A stretch of 64,000 bases of DNA, taken from NCBI GenBank assembly GCA_963695345.1, contig OY968769.1:1376001-1440000 (forward strand). Reading direction: 5' to 3'. Positions 39,961-50,616 of the stretch are shown here, one piece after another. Each line of letters begins with the position of its first letter. The first letter of the stretch is position 1. The notes beneath the pieces are model-generated. The model worked only from the letters and a program-made list of their open reading frames with translations. It made no database searches and was not told the origin of the DNA. The stretch comes from an uncultured Methanomassiliicoccales archaeon. GTDB taxonomy: Archaea > Thermoplasmatota > Thermoplasmata > Methanomassiliicoccales > UBA472. Position numbers and translations under genes: made by a program.

Positions 39961-40935
39961 ATGATGAAGGTGGGGGTGATCGGCGTTGGGGCCATGGGTC
40001 AGAACCACGCCAGGGTCTATTCCGAGATCGCGGAGTTGGTCGGGGTCACCGATGCAATCTCAGAACAGGCCACCAAAATTGCTGCCAGGCTCGGGACGAA
40101 GGCATATTCCAGTGTTGACGACCTCCTTGACGAGGTTGATGCGGTCAGCATATGCACGCCAACCTCATACCATTTCGACACCGCCATGAAGGCGATATCC
40201 AAAGGTAAGCATCTGCTGGTGGAAAAGCCGTTCACCGGCGATTCAGAGAAGGCCGCCGAGCTTTGCAGGGTCGCAGAGGAGAACGGCATCACCATCGCGT
40301 CCGGTTTCATCGAGCGCTGCAATCCCATCGTATCGGTGGCGAAGGAGACCCTGGGGTCGGGCAAGATCGGCAAGATCATTTCACTGGCGTCCCGTCGGGT
40401 CTCATCATTCCCGGCAAGGATAAGGGACGTGGGGGTGGTCATGGACCTCGGGATCCATGATGTCGATGTGATGAGGCACATAACATCCTCGAACGTTAGA
40501 TCGGTCTATGCCGTCGGCGGCAAGTTCGCGAACCCTTCGTTCGAGGATTACGCCAATCTGCTCATGGAGTTCGAGAACGATGCCATAGGATTCCTGGAGG
40601 TTAACTGGCTGACCCCGATGAAGGTCCGTAAGGTCTCGTTCACCTGCTCCGGTGGATTTGTCCAGATGGACTACACCGACCAGAGCCTCGAGGTCTCCAC
40701 ATCCAAGATCGGGAACATCGATCAGAGCGACATGTTCCGCATACCGCTGGAATACGACGTGAGGAAGATCAGCGTCAAGAAGGAGGAGCCGTTGAAGACG
40801 GAATTGACACAATTCCTGGAGGCGGCCGAACATGGCGGAACGCCGGCGGCGGGCGGCGCCGATGCGGTACAGAACCTGAAGGTCTGCGAAGCGGCCTTAA
40901 CATCACTGAAGACCCACAGCAAGGTAATGGTCTGA
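39961..40935 (+). CDS. Gfo/Idh/MocA oxidoreductase (putative UDP-sugar 3-dehydrogenase)
   Basis: GVIGVGAMGQNHAR, LVEKP, DVGVVMDLGIHD.D, NWLTP.K.R, EPLK.EL. Confidence 0.9.
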   Translation: MMKVGVIGVGAMGQNHARVYSEIAELVGVTDAISEQATKIAARLGTKAYSSVDDLLDEVDAVSICTPTSYHFDTAMKAISKGKHLLVEKPFTGDSEKAAELCRVAEENGITIASGFIERCNPIVSVAKETLGSGKIGKIISLASRRVSSFPARIRDVGVVMDLGIHDVDVMRHITSSNVRSVYAVGGKFANPSFEDYANLLMEFENDAIGFLEVNWLTPMKVRKVSFTCSGGFVQMDYTDQSLEVSTSKIGNIDQSDMFRIPLEYDVRKISVKKEEPLKTELTQFLEAAEHGGTPAAGGADAVQNLKVCEAALTSLKTHSKVMV

Positions 40936-41006
40936 ACTATCGTTAACGCCATTGTCGCTATTTCCGCTAGGTATAAATCAGCCATCGCAATGGTTAGCCG
41001 AGCGCT

Positions 41007-42041
41007 ATGAAGACCATTGATCTGCGAAGCGATACCGTCACCCTGCCCTCGAAGGAAATGTTAGATTCCATATCCAGGGCTGGACTGGGAGACGACGTGG
41101 AGCGCGAGGATCCGACGGTCAATGAGCTGCAGGACCTGGCGGCCAAGATGTTCGGGGCGGAGGACGCCCTGCTGGTCCCTTCCGGCACCGGCGGCAATCT
41201 CATTGCCATGCTGGCGCATTGTCAACGAGGGGACGAGATAATACTTGAGCAGGAATCTCACATGTATTATTACGAGGTCGGGGGAATGTCTGCGCTGGTA
41301 GGTGCCATACCCCGGCTCTTGCCAGGACGTCACGGGGTTTTCACCGGCGATCAGGTCCGCGATGCGGTCCGCTGTTCTGACCCCCTGCACTATCCGCCGT
41401 CAAAACTGGTGGAGATCGAGAACACCCATAACCGGGCGGGCGGGTGCGTATGGACTCCCCATCAGATCGAGGATGTGGCCAATGCCGCCCACGAACTGGG
41501 GATGAAGGTGCACGTTGACGGTGCCAGGATATTTAATGCCGCCATCGCGCTGGACACCGATCCAAAAGAGTTCATGAGGCACGTCGACAGCCTGGATTTC
41601 TGTCTCTCCAAGGGCTTGGCCGCCCCGGTAGGCTCGGTCATGCTGGGGACCAGGGAGTACATCGAAAGCTGCCGCCGCTACCGGAAAATGATAGGCGGCG
41701 GGATGAGGCAGGCGGGCATCATTGCGGCGCCCGGTATAGTCGCTTTGACCAAGATGGTGACCCGATTGAAGGAGGACCACGTCAACGCTAGGAGGCTGGC
41801 CATGGCCCTGATCGGGTTTGACGGCATCGACATCGACATGGAAACGGTGCAGACCAACCTGGTGATCGCGAACATCTCCGGCACCGGCCTGAACTCGGAC
41901 CAGTTCGTGGAGAGATGCCGGCAGAACGGCATCCTGATATTCTCGTTCGGCCCTCAAAGCGTCCGGTTCGTGACCCACTATGGCATAGAATCCAACGACA
42001 TCAACGAGACCATCTCGCGGCTGGAGTCGATGCTCAGATAG
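41007..42041 (+). CDS. ltaE: low-specificity L-threonine aldolase
   Basis: DLRSDTVT, GDDV..EDPT, IENTHN, H.DGARIFNA, CLSKGL.APVGS, GGGMRQAG. Confidence 0.96.
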   Translation: MKTIDLRSDTVTLPSKEMLDSISRAGLGDDVEREDPTVNELQDLAAKMFGAEDALLVPSGTGGNLIAMLAHCQRGDEIILEQESHMYYYEVGGMSALVGAIPRLLPGRHGVFTGDQVRDAVRCSDPLHYPPSKLVEIENTHNRAGGCVWTPHQIEDVANAAHELGMKVHVDGARIFNAAIALDTDPKEFMRHVDSLDFCLSKGLAAPVGSVMLGTREYIESCRRYRKMIGGGMRQAGIIAAPGIVALTKMVTRLKEDHVNARRLAMALIGFDGIDIDMETVQTNLVIANISGTGLNSDQFVERCRQNGILIFSFGPQSVRFVTHYGIESNDINETISRLESMLR

Positions 42042-43335
42042 TGCCTTTGCCTATCCCGAGATAGGTCATGCCATTCCGCAGTGCGTCGTTCTGATTGAAC
42101 AGGTTGCGCCCGTCGACCATGGCCGGTGTGCGCATGAGCCGTTTCACCTTCTGCAGATCGAGCGTGCGGTAGGCGGTATGGTCGGTCACGAAGATGACGC
42201 AATCCGCTCCGGCCAGCGCCACTTCCAGGTCTCGGGTCATTTCGACCTTGTAAGGGTTCTTGACGAAGGGGTCGTGCACAATGAGCTCACATTCATTCTC
42301 CAGGTCATCGATTATCTTGATGGCCGGCGATTCTCTCACGTCATCTGAATCGCGGAGGAAGGCCAATCCCATGATCGCCACTTTGGGCCGGGCGGAATCG
42401 ACATTCGCCTTGAGCATGACCGTTCTGGCGAGATCTGCCATGTGATGCGGCATCGATTCATTGATCGTCCTTGCATCGGGGATGACCTTGGCTGTATTGT
42501 CAGGAACTCCGCTCAGGAGCAGCCAGGAATCCTTGGGAAGGCAATGGCCGCCGACCCCGGAACCAGGAATATGCATGTCCCGGGAGGGGCACGTGTTCAC
42601 CAATCTGCGCACCTCGAACGCGTCCGCCCCGAGCTTCTCGCAGAGGAGGGCAACCTCGTTCGCGAACGCGATCTGAACGTCACGATAGGCATTCTCGGCG
42701 GTCTTGGATATCTCGGCGGAAAGCAGGTCGGAAGGATGGATCTCCGCCTGGACGATACGGGAATAGAAATAGGCCCCTTTCTTGATCGACTCTGAATCGA
42801 ATCCGCCCAGGACCCGCTCCACTTTCCTCATGTTGTTGAGCAGCTTCCCCGGCATGACCCTCTCGGGGCAATGGCATAGCAGGAAATCCCTACCGACCCG
42901 GAGACCGCTCTCCTTTTCCAGGATGGGGATGACGACGTTCCTCATCGTTCCTGGAGGTAACGTCGATTCTATGGAGATGAGCGACCCCTTCTTCATCGAT
43001 CGGCCTACCGTGGTGACCGCTGACCTGAGTATGTCCAGCTTGGGTTTCTTGTCCTTGTCGATGGGCGTGTCCACACAAACGAACACGGCGTCGCACCCGG
43101 CGAGGTCATCAGGTTTTGCCGATGCCCGGAGACCGCCAGCAAGTATGACCTTCTTGAGCAGTTCAGGCAAGCCTGGTTCTTCCCCCACGATGGGGCACTT
43201 GCCGGAATTGATCATGTCCACACGGGCCTTGTCAACATCTATTCCAGTCGTCTTGAACCCGCTCTCCGCCAAAACACAAGCCAGCGGAAGGCCGACGTAT
43301 CCGATCCCGACCACCGCGACCTTTTCGTTCGCCAT
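42034..43335 (-). CDS. UDP-N-acetylhexosamine 6-dehydrogenase (WecC/WbpA-like)
   Basis: G.GYVGLP, EST.PPGT, PERV.PG, ENAYRDV.IAFANE, GVGGHCLPKD, D.RESP. Confidence 0.93.
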   Translation of the reverse strand: MANEKVAVVGIGYVGLPLACVLAESGFKTTGIDVDKARVDMINSGKCPIVGEEPGLPELLKKVILAGGLRASAKPDDLAGCDAVFVCVDTPIDKDKKPKLDILRSAVTTVGRSMKKGSLISIESTLPPGTMRNVVIPILEKESGLRVGRDFLLCHCPERVMPGKLLNNMRKVERVLGGFDSESIKKGAYFYSRIVQAEIHPSDLLSAEISKTAENAYRDVQIAFANEVALLCEKLGADAFEVRRLVNTCPSRDMHIPGSGVGGHCLPKDSWLLLSGVPDNTAKVIPDARTINESMPHHMADLARTVMLKANVDSARPKVAIMGLAFLRDSDDVRESPAIKIIDDLENECELIVHDPFVKNPYKVEMTRDLEVALAGADCVIFVTDHTAYRTLDLQKVKRLMRTPAMVDGRNLFNQNDALRNGMTYLGIGKGTI

Positions 43336-43468
43336 CGGGGGAAGAAACGTGACTATTGTCTTAAGGATTCCGACAAGAACTTACGATGACGAACCGAAGT
43401 CTTCCTGGAACAATTACCACAACGTTGATAATCGAACACATGAATCCACGCAACCAAGAAGGCGAGTT

Positions 43469-44407
43469 GTGACATCGATAGGGGTTTACATTCTGTCGTA
43501 CAACCGGCCACATTTTCTCCGGGAGGCCTTGAATTCCGTATTTATGCAACAACGGAAGGCGGATAAGATATTCATCCTGGACAACGGGAGCGATCCGGGG
43601 GTCAAAGAGTCGATAGCCGCCGAGCTGGACAAAGGGGTGATCTGGGTGGGTGCGGACCGCAACCATTCTTCCACCTGGAACCATAACCGGGTATTGGAGC
43701 TCGCCCGAGAGGACCTCTTCTATCTGATGCACGACGATGACCGGCTCCTTCCTGACTTCATTTCCACCCAGGTCGACCTCATGGATAGAAACCCGGAGGT
43801 GATCGCCTCCGGCTGCAATGGCTTCAGGATCGGTCCGAACGGGAAGAGGGATGGCCGGTATGTCCGCGAAAAGGGCGGGAGCAAGGTCGAGAGGTATCCG
43901 GACTCGGCTTCGATGGCCGATCTGTATTCCCGTTCCTACATCCCATTTCCATCGATCGTGTATCGGAACGGGTTTCCTCAGAAGGTCGGATTGGAGGAAC
44001 GGTATGGACAGTTCTCGGACGCCGTTTTCCTGGTCCGATTGGCCGGATTCGGCCAGATCGTTTTCCTGGACGAGGAGCTGATGGAGTACCGGATGCATTC
44101 CGGACAGGACTCCAAAGCCCTGAACGAGGATCTGTATCGGATGAAGGAACAGATCCTGCTCGATTACTCCAAGGATGACGGCCGTTATGCCCAGAAGGTA
44201 AGGAAAAGGGTGAGGGAGAACCAGACCCGGAGGTGGTTGGAAAGGATAGTCTCGGCCGGGGTGTTCCACCGCTCACCGCGGCGGGCCTACGCTCAGCTCC
44301 TGACCACCAGACCTCCGGAGCCGGATTTCCTCGTCGCTTTGTCTGTGATGCTGTTCCCGCAGAGATATCTCCTGAGGTATCTGCACCGTGCCACGAGGGA
44401 CGACTGA
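43469..44407 (+). CDS. glycosyltransferase family 2
   Basis: YNRP.FL.EAL.S, DNGS, HDDD; start moved to GTG 43469 because the upstream part of the ORF is antisense to the dehydrogenase gene. Confidence 0.9.
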   Translation: MTSIGVYILSYNRPHFLREALNSVFMQQRKADKIFILDNGSDPGVKESIAAELDKGVIWVGADRNHSSTWNHNRVLELAREDLFYLMHDDDRLLPDFISTQVDLMDRNPEVIASGCNGFRIGPNGKRDGRYVREKGGSKVERYPDSASMADLYSRSYIPFPSIVYRNGFPQKVGLEERYGQFSDAVFLVRLAGFGQIVFLDEELMEYRMHSGQDSKALNEDLYRMKEQILLDYSKDDGRYAQKVRKRVRENQTRRWLERIVSAGVFHRSPRRAYAQLLTTRPPEPDFLVALSVMLFPQRYLLRYLHRATRDD

Positions 44408-44408
44408 T

Positions 44409-45911
44409 TCAACCCCGAAGCTCAGAAACGATGTATGTCCACATCTTCTTGATGTTGGCGATCTCTAGTAGATAGTTTAGATCGTTCCGTGAGAATTCCC
44501 TGAATATGGTGAGCAGTCCAAAGAACAGGCCGAAGCTCATGACCCCGTACAAGAGAAGGTCGGTGATATGGCTGATCGCGTAGACCGTGCTCAGCAACCA
44601 GAGGATGAGGCCGGAAGAGGCTGCCGCCGCGACATGGACCAGTATCTTGGGGTTTGACCTGGTTCCGGTCAGGTTCCTCACGATCGTTCTGGTGAGCACC
44701 ACGACCGATGCCGTGGTTACGAGGCCAGCGTATGCCGCCCCCATGTAGGAAAGTCCAAACAGCTGCACGCCCAGGATGCTTGTCGGGACCAGCAGAATGA
44801 GCAGGGTCGAGTTGAGCATCAGGCTGAATATCGTTATCTTGAGGTACAGGTCGTTCCGGTTGATGGCGCTCAATTGGGAGATGTATGCCTGGTTGAGCAG
44901 GCCCAATGACGTGGTCATGACCACGATCTGCAGCGGGCCGCCAGCAGCCCCAAAGTTACCGCCCAGCAGAATCGTCGCCGTTGCGAATGGAAAGAGAACG
45001 ATCACAGTTACCACGGGAAGAACGATCATCGAGATGAATCTCTCCGCCTCGGCCGTTTTCGCCCTGATCATGTCCACCCTTCCCTCCGAGTAGAACTTGG
45101 AGAAGAGGGGGAAGGTGATTATGCCGACCCCCGCCCCCACCGTCGACAGGATGGTCATCAGGGACAGTCCCGAGTTGTAAAGCGCCAGATCAACGGTCGT
45201 CCCGAAGAAACCGACCATGATCTTATCCACATTCGCCCACACCACCGTCAGTATGCTGGCTGCCGCCAGCGGTATGGCGAAGCGGATATACGGACGGAAG
45301 AGGGTCGGTTTTTTCCATTTGATGCCGGAACGGTAAAGGAGAAACAGCGAGGTTATGAAAACCGCCGCCGAACCGGTCAAGAAGGCCAAAGCCAGCGAGT
45401 AAACGCTCATTCTGTTGAGGGCTACGAACAGCACGATGGGGACCCGGATTATCGGGTCCATCAATTGGATCATCTGAGATTTCGCCGTTTCCATCCTGGC
45501 GTCAAAGGTGTATATGGCGATGCCCGCCAGATCATAGAGGACATAGTAACCGATGAAAATGATAAGAAGCTGGGCCGAAGTATCTGAGAGGCCTCTGCCC
45601 AGGATAGTGGTGTAAGAGAAAACGATCCCTAGAGTGATAAGCGCCATCAGTCCGGTAAGGATGATCTTTATGGTCGCATAGGTGCTGAAGCAATCATCCA
45701 GGTCTTTGCCCTCGGAGATGCGTTTTACATTGGCGGAATTGAACCCCAGGTCGGACACGCAATTGAACGTTGCCACCAACGCGAAGCTGAAGGTTATGCT
45801 TCCGTATATGTCCGTTCCAAGGTATCTAGTTATGAAGAGGAGGGCGATGAACGACAATATCTGCGAGGAGAACCTTACTATCAAGATCAGCAAAGATTTC
45901 CTGGCAAGCAT
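44409..45911 (-). CDS. Wzx-like oligosaccharide flippase (MATE/polysaccharide biosynthesis family)
   Basis: 12-14 TM helices; TRYLG...YG, DLGF, D.IMVG.F, FPLFS. Confidence 0.92.
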   Translation of the reverse strand: MLARKSLLILIVRFSSQILSFIALLFITRYLGTDIYGSITFSFALVATFNCVSDLGFNSANVKRISEGKDLDDCFSTYATIKIILTGLMALITLGIVFSYTTILGRGLSDTSAQLLIIFIGYYVLYDLAGIAIYTFDARMETAKSQMIQLMDPIIRVPIVLFVALNRMSVYSLALAFLTGSAAVFITSLFLLYRSGIKWKKPTLFRPYIRFAIPLAAASILTVVWANVDKIMVGFFGTTVDLALYNSGLSLMTILSTVGAGVGIITFPLFSKFYSEGRVDMIRAKTAEAERFISMIVLPVVTVIVLFPFATATILLGGNFGAAGGPLQIVVMTTSLGLLNQAYISQLSAINRNDLYLKITIFSLMLNSTLLILLVPTSILGVQLFGLSYMGAAYAGLVTTASVVVLTRTIVRNLTGTRSNPKILVHVAAAASSGLILWLLSTVYAISHITDLLLYGVMSFGLFFGLLTIFREFSRNDLNYLLEIANIKKMWTYIVSELRG

Positions 45912-45973
45912 TGGTGTTCCTTTCCGAAGTATCCGATTCAATCATAAGAACCTGCTGATTCCCCACATATTTA

Positions 45974-46921
45974 TCAGTTGGCTGTTCTTTTTATCTTGCG
46001 GGCTATGTCAAAAGCCAAATCATAGACCGAGTTGGGGACGAGCAACATCGGGAGATCCACCAGCCAGTAGCTCGGATACCTCCCGAACAATTGCTCCGTC
46101 TGCGAGATCAGGTCGGAGTCCACCTTCAATCCCTGATGTTTCGCCCAGGGAATATTCCTCGGATATCCTCCCTTGATGACGAAATCGCCCATCCTCTTGA
46201 CCTTCCGAGAATAGCCCAGATCCTCCATGTGGGAAAAGAGGCGTACCAATTTCAGGCCAGTGAACATGAAGTTACCTCCCTTTCCCCAGCGGCCTCCTCC
46301 GTCCTGTTTGATCAGCTCGCGGGCTATCACGTAGCCTGTCCTCCCTTCCCCAGGGACCATCGCCTGGATGGCATACGCGAAATGGATCCATAGACAGCCA
46401 TCGAACCGTTTCATGTCCATGTCCATCCAGGTTCTTCGGTTGACGACATTGCTGGAAAGAAGTCCGTTCTTAAAGCGGTTGGTGGCGAAGAATTGGTTAC
46501 CGTCCTGGCAATGGACGTCCTTGGACAAACCCAGATCGATCGGGTTGGAGAAGTTGACGAAGATCAAAGCCATCCCGGGATCCGTTCGGATCGCGTTCAG
46601 GACCGAGTCCACCGCCCCCTCCTTGAGCGGGTCGTCGTCGGCCATAAGCCAGACGAAACGTCCCGAGGCACGTCGAACGACGTTGTCCACATTGGCATCG
46701 AACCCGATGTTCTGCTCGTTCCTGACATGTCTTACCATGTCGGGATAGCGGGACTGGTACTCCTTCGCTATGGCTGCCGTTTCGTCGGTGGAGGCGTTGT
46801 CGGAGATAAGAATCTCCACTTTCTTCCCCGTTGCCTCGCTGATGATGCTGTCCAATACTTTGGCCAGGTACATTTGGCCATTGTATGTGGCGATTCCGAT
46901 CGTCAGTTCCGGTTCTTCCAT
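45974..46921 (-). CDS. glycosyltransferase family 2 (RfbV-like)
   Basis: LTIGIATYN, ISDNASTD, NIGFD.N, WLMADDD. Confidence 0.92.
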   Translation of the reverse strand: MEEPELTIGIATYNGQMYLAKVLDSIISEATGKKVEILISDNASTDETAAIAKEYQSRYPDMVRHVRNEQNIGFDANVDNVVRRASGRFVWLMADDDPLKEGAVDSVLNAIRTDPGMALIFVNFSNPIDLGLSKDVHCQDGNQFFATNRFKNGLLSSNVVNRRTWMDMDMKRFDGCLWIHFAYAIQAMVPGEGRTGYVIARELIKQDGGGRWGKGGNFMFTGLKLVRLFSHMEDLGYSRKVKRMGDFVIKGGYPRNIPWAKHQGLKVDSDLISQTEQLFGRYPSYWLVDLPMLLVPNSVYDLAFDIARKIKRTAN

Positions 46922-47284
46922 TTAGAATCTCAAACCGGAATTTTGAACGCCAAACAGCATCTTAATCGTTTGCTTTGGGCATACAAGAATCGTATGGTTC
47001 ATCCAGGACAGGTCAGGCAGCTTAATATTAATGCATTAATAATATATTAAATCGGAAAACATGTCATTCTGCACCTGTTCGCCTTTGATGATCGGCGGAC
47101 GCCCATATGACAGCATGTACGCGCAGTTCCTGGTCAAAGAATCTCATTGGCTTCCTGTATCCGTAAAGAACATAGAAGGGATGAAGTATCAAAGAATTAT
47201 TACGCCAGGTCAATGTAATCTAGGGGTGGCTCATGACCGGGCCTCCCAATGCCGCCTGGCATATTGGCGGGACGAGTGCAGAAG

Positions 47285-48274
47285 ATGATTCGCGTCAAAT
47301 TCTCAATGAACGGTTCGAACTTTCCTCTCATCTGGCAGACGCCTGGGGGTAAGGGCATCTGGGGGAACTGCGAGTTCATCTTGGACAGCGACCTGGAGGA
47401 GTGCGACTACTGGTTCGTCTATGAGAACCTGAAGCGGACGGAAACGACGTTGTGCCCGAGGTCGAACGTCATCTTCATCACGGGCGAGCCCCCCGAGGTA
47501 AGGCGTTACAATCCACTTTTCCTGAGGCAGTTCTCCCGGGTGCTTACGTCGCAGCCGATGATACTGCACAGGAACGTGCTCCAGACCCAGACCGGCCTGC
47601 CCTGGTACGTCGGGGTCAAATATCACAAGGAGGAGAGGAGTTTTGATCCGGATCACTCCCGTTCCTACGATGTTCTGAAATCGATAAAGACAGTGAAGAA
47701 GACCAAGATGATGTCGGTCATGACCAGCGACAAGGTTGCGATCAAGGGGCACAGGAAGAGATTGGAATTCGTGCAGAAGCTGGAAAAACGGTTTGGTGAC
47801 CAGATCGATGTGTTCATCACGAACAGGATCAACCTGGAGGATAAATGGGACGCCATCGCCCCATACAAGTACCACGTCTCCATCGAAAACACCGTCTGTC
47901 CAAATTACTGGACGGAAAAACTTGCGGACGCCTATCTCGGTCTGTCCTACCCGGTCTATCACGGGTGTCCCAATCTGGAGGATTATTTCCCGGCCGGTTC
48001 ATTCACCAGGATCGATATCGCCGACTTCGAAGGATCCGCCAAGACCATCGAGGCCATTCTGCAGAAAGATATCTACGCTGAAAGGGAAGGATTGCTCCAG
48101 CAGGCGAAGGACCTGGTCCTTGACAAATACAACCTCTTCGCCTTGATGGCCAGCCAATGCCGGGAGGCAGAGGGCCTGAGGAAGGAGACGGTCACCATCA
48201 AGCCGGAGCTGATAATTCCCCGAAATGGCTTGACCAAAGCCATCCTGGGCAGGATGAGGGCTACGCTTGGTTAG
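47285..48274 (+). CDS. glycosyltransferase family 10-like (alpha-1,3-fucosyltransferase motif)
   Basis: YKYHVSIEN...NYWTEKL.DAYLG...PVY.G. Confidence 0.85.
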   Translation: MIRVKFSMNGSNFPLIWQTPGGKGIWGNCEFILDSDLEECDYWFVYENLKRTETTLCPRSNVIFITGEPPEVRRYNPLFLRQFSRVLTSQPMILHRNVLQTQTGLPWYVGVKYHKEERSFDPDHSRSYDVLKSIKTVKKTKMMSVMTSDKVAIKGHRKRLEFVQKLEKRFGDQIDVFITNRINLEDKWDAIAPYKYHVSIENTVCPNYWTEKLADAYLGLSYPVYHGCPNLEDYFPAGSFTRIDIADFEGSAKTIEAILQKDIYAEREGLLQQAKDLVLDKYNLFALMASQCREAEGLRKETVTIKPELIIPRNGLTKAILGRMRATLG

Positions 48275-48417
48275 TGCAATATATCCTCATACTGGATCCG
48301 ATAGGAACGGCAAGACCTTTTTCCTGTCATCGTTCTGCGCCGCCAAATGAGAAAGTCTTTCTATCCTTACTCACCTGGCTTGTCCAATTGAGCAGGTTTC
48401 GTAGGCTGGGGTACTGC

Positions 48418-49356
48418 ATGAGGATTCTGCACTTGGAGAACATTGCGGGGGTGCCCGCCGTCCTAGCGAAGGCCCAGATAGCTTCCGGTAACCAGGCATC
48501 GGTCTTAGAGACCCGCCGTAACCCCTACAATTTCCCCCATGACCTGGAACTGTACTATGGCGGAGTGGGGGTGCTCCGCGACATCAAGAACATCAGGAAG
48601 GTCTCAAGAGCCTGCCTCGGGTACGATCTGGTCCATGTTCACGGAGGGCTCAACCGAAAAAGGCTGGATGTGCTCGCCATGCACCTCATTCACAGGAAGC
48701 CCCTGGTGGTCCACTATCATGGGAGCGAGACCCGCATGGGCTACGGAATGGCCTACCAGTCCATGGTAGATTCCAAGATAGTCTCCCGTCCTGACCTGCT
48801 CAAATGGCATCCCGATGCCGTGTTCATACCAAATCCCATGGAGCCGGTGATGCAAACCCCGTTCGATATCGACGCGATCCCACGGGTGATCCATGTTAGC
48901 AACAACCGGGCCCTCAAGGGCACCGACCTGATAGTGGAGGCGATGAACGAGCTCAGCAGTGAGGGACTGAGGTTCGAGTTCGAGCTGATCGAGAATCAGG
49001 ATAACCAGGCCGTGTTGGGGAAGATGGCCGGGTCCCACATTCTGATCGACCAGGTGATATCCGGAACGGCGGACCTGCCCAGCATCATTGGGATGGTCTC
49101 GCTGGAGGCCATGGCCAGAGGAAAGGCGGTGGTGACAACGTTCGACCCTGAGTTCAGACCTTATTATCCTGATTGCCCAGTGCTCGCCATCGACTATGGA
49201 AAAACCCAGCTCAAGGAGGCGGTGCGGGGCCTGGTAAAGGACCTGGGCCGGGCGAAAGGGCTAGGCGTCCTGGGAATGACATACGTCAATGACCACCATT
49301 CCCCGAAGGTTATCTGTGACAAGGTCCAGAGAGTCTATGAAAAAGTGCTGGAATGA
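48418..49356 (+). CDS. glycosyltransferase, GT-B/GT4-like
   Basis: DLVHVH, HYHGSE.R, KGT..I, IDQ, G...LEAMA.GK.V. Confidence 0.88.
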   Translation: MRILHLENIAGVPAVLAKAQIASGNQASVLETRRNPYNFPHDLELYYGGVGVLRDIKNIRKVSRACLGYDLVHVHGGLNRKRLDVLAMHLIHRKPLVVHYHGSETRMGYGMAYQSMVDSKIVSRPDLLKWHPDAVFIPNPMEPVMQTPFDIDAIPRVIHVSNNRALKGTDLIVEAMNELSSEGLRFEFELIENQDNQAVLGKMAGSHILIDQVISGTADLPSIIGMVSLEAMARGKAVVTTFDPEFRPYYPDCPVLAIDYGKTQLKEAVRGLVKDLGRAKGLGVLGMTYVNDHHSPKVICDKVQRVYEKVLE

Positions 49357-49551
49357 TATCCACAATGTGCGGTGAGCCCCTAAAACGTTAATATTGCACG
49401 GTTATTATGGTTGAACCGTTCAAAGTCTCGGTAGTTATGGACGTACCATCGGATCCCGCGAAACCGTTCCCGTGATGGGCATTGGCAGCGGGGTATTGAA
49501 CGCCTGACTATCGTCGCCTTGGACTCTCAGCGCATCAGGGGTTGTTTCACT

Positions 49552-50616
49552 TTGACACGAAGGTTGTTCACGGTAGGGCCGGTCGAGGTCTTCGATGATA
49601 CTTTGAAAGCGATGGACAGGCCAATGATCGTCCACCGCGGTAAGGACTACTCGAACCTGCAGAAAGGCATAGTAGAGAAGCTCCACAAGGCATTGGAAAC
49701 TGATATGGAGATATTCCTGGCACCGGCATCGGCGACAGGCTTCCTGGAGTCCTGCGTGCGCTGCGGCGTCAACAGGAAGATGTGCGGCATAACCAACGGT
49801 TCCTTCGGTGACAGATGGCAGGGCATCGGCACGGCGAACGGGAAGCTGGTCGATAAGATCGACGTGGAATGGGGCAAGGGCATCAAGCCGGAGCACATCA
49901 GGGGCAAGATCATGAAGGACATTGAGGCGGTCACCTTCATCTCCAACGAATCGTCGACCGGCGTTTACAACCAGCCGACCGCCGTCTGCGATGCCATAAG
50001 GGAAGAGGGCGACGCCCTCATATTCGTCGACGGCGTGACCTCGGTGGGAGCGGTCGACCTTAAGATCAAGAAGATGGCGCCGGACGCGCTGGTGTTCGGT
50101 TCCCAGAAGGCATTGGCGCTGCCACCAGGGCTGGCCATCATCGCCTGCAGCGAACGCCTGCTCAAGAAGGCCGAGACCGTCGAGAACCGCGGCTATTACT
50201 TCGACCTGCTGGAGTACAAGAAGTTCGCGGACAAGGACCTCCCGCTCACCACCCCACCGGTATCGCTCATGTTCGGGCTTGACCATCAGCTGGACAAATG
50301 GCTGAGGGAAGGCTCATCCCAACGATACCAACGGCACCAGGAACTGGCTGACACCACGCGCAACTGGGCCATGAAGCGCTTCGGGCTGTACGCGGAACAA
50401 GGGTACCGGTCAAACACCATATCGGTGATTGAGAGCGGCCGCTTCGATTTCGCGACCTTTGACAAGAAGCTCAAGGAGAAGGGCTTCGAGATATCGCCTG
50501 GCTACGGAAAGGTGAAGGAGTCTTCATTCCGTATCGGTCACATGGGCGATCTCACCGTCAAGGACATGAACGACCTAGTGCATGTAATGGATGAGGTCAT
50601 GGAGGGAATGCAATGA
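49552..50616 (+). CDS. class V PLP aminotransferase (archaeal phosphoserine/serine-glyoxylate type)
   Basis: LFTVGPV, HR, NESSTG, VDGVTS.G, GSQKALALPPGL, FRIGHMG; ATGA-coupled to serA. Confidence 0.92.
   Translation: MTRRLFTVGPVEVFDDTLKAMDRPMIVHRGKDYSNLQKGIVEKLHKALETDMEIFLAPASATGFLESCVRCGVNRKMCGITNGSFGDRWQGIGTANGKLVDKIDVEWGKGIKPEHIRGKIMKDIEAVTFISNESSTGVYNQPTAVCDAIREEGDALIFVDGVTSVGAVDLKIKKMAPDALVFGSQKALALPPGLAIIACSERLLKKAETVENRGYYFDLLEYKKFADKDLPLTTPPVSLMFGLDHQLDKWLREGSSQRYQRHQELADTTRNWAMKRFGLYAEQGYRSNTISVIESGRFDFATFDKKLKEKGFEISPGYGKVKESSFRIGHMGDLTVKDMNDLVHVMDEVMEGMQ

Noticed and set aside
42782-43468. 229-aa N-terminal extension of the GT2 ORF
   Set aside because: It is mostly antisense shadow of the nucleotide-sugar dehydrogenase gene; the GT2 domain begins at ~43469
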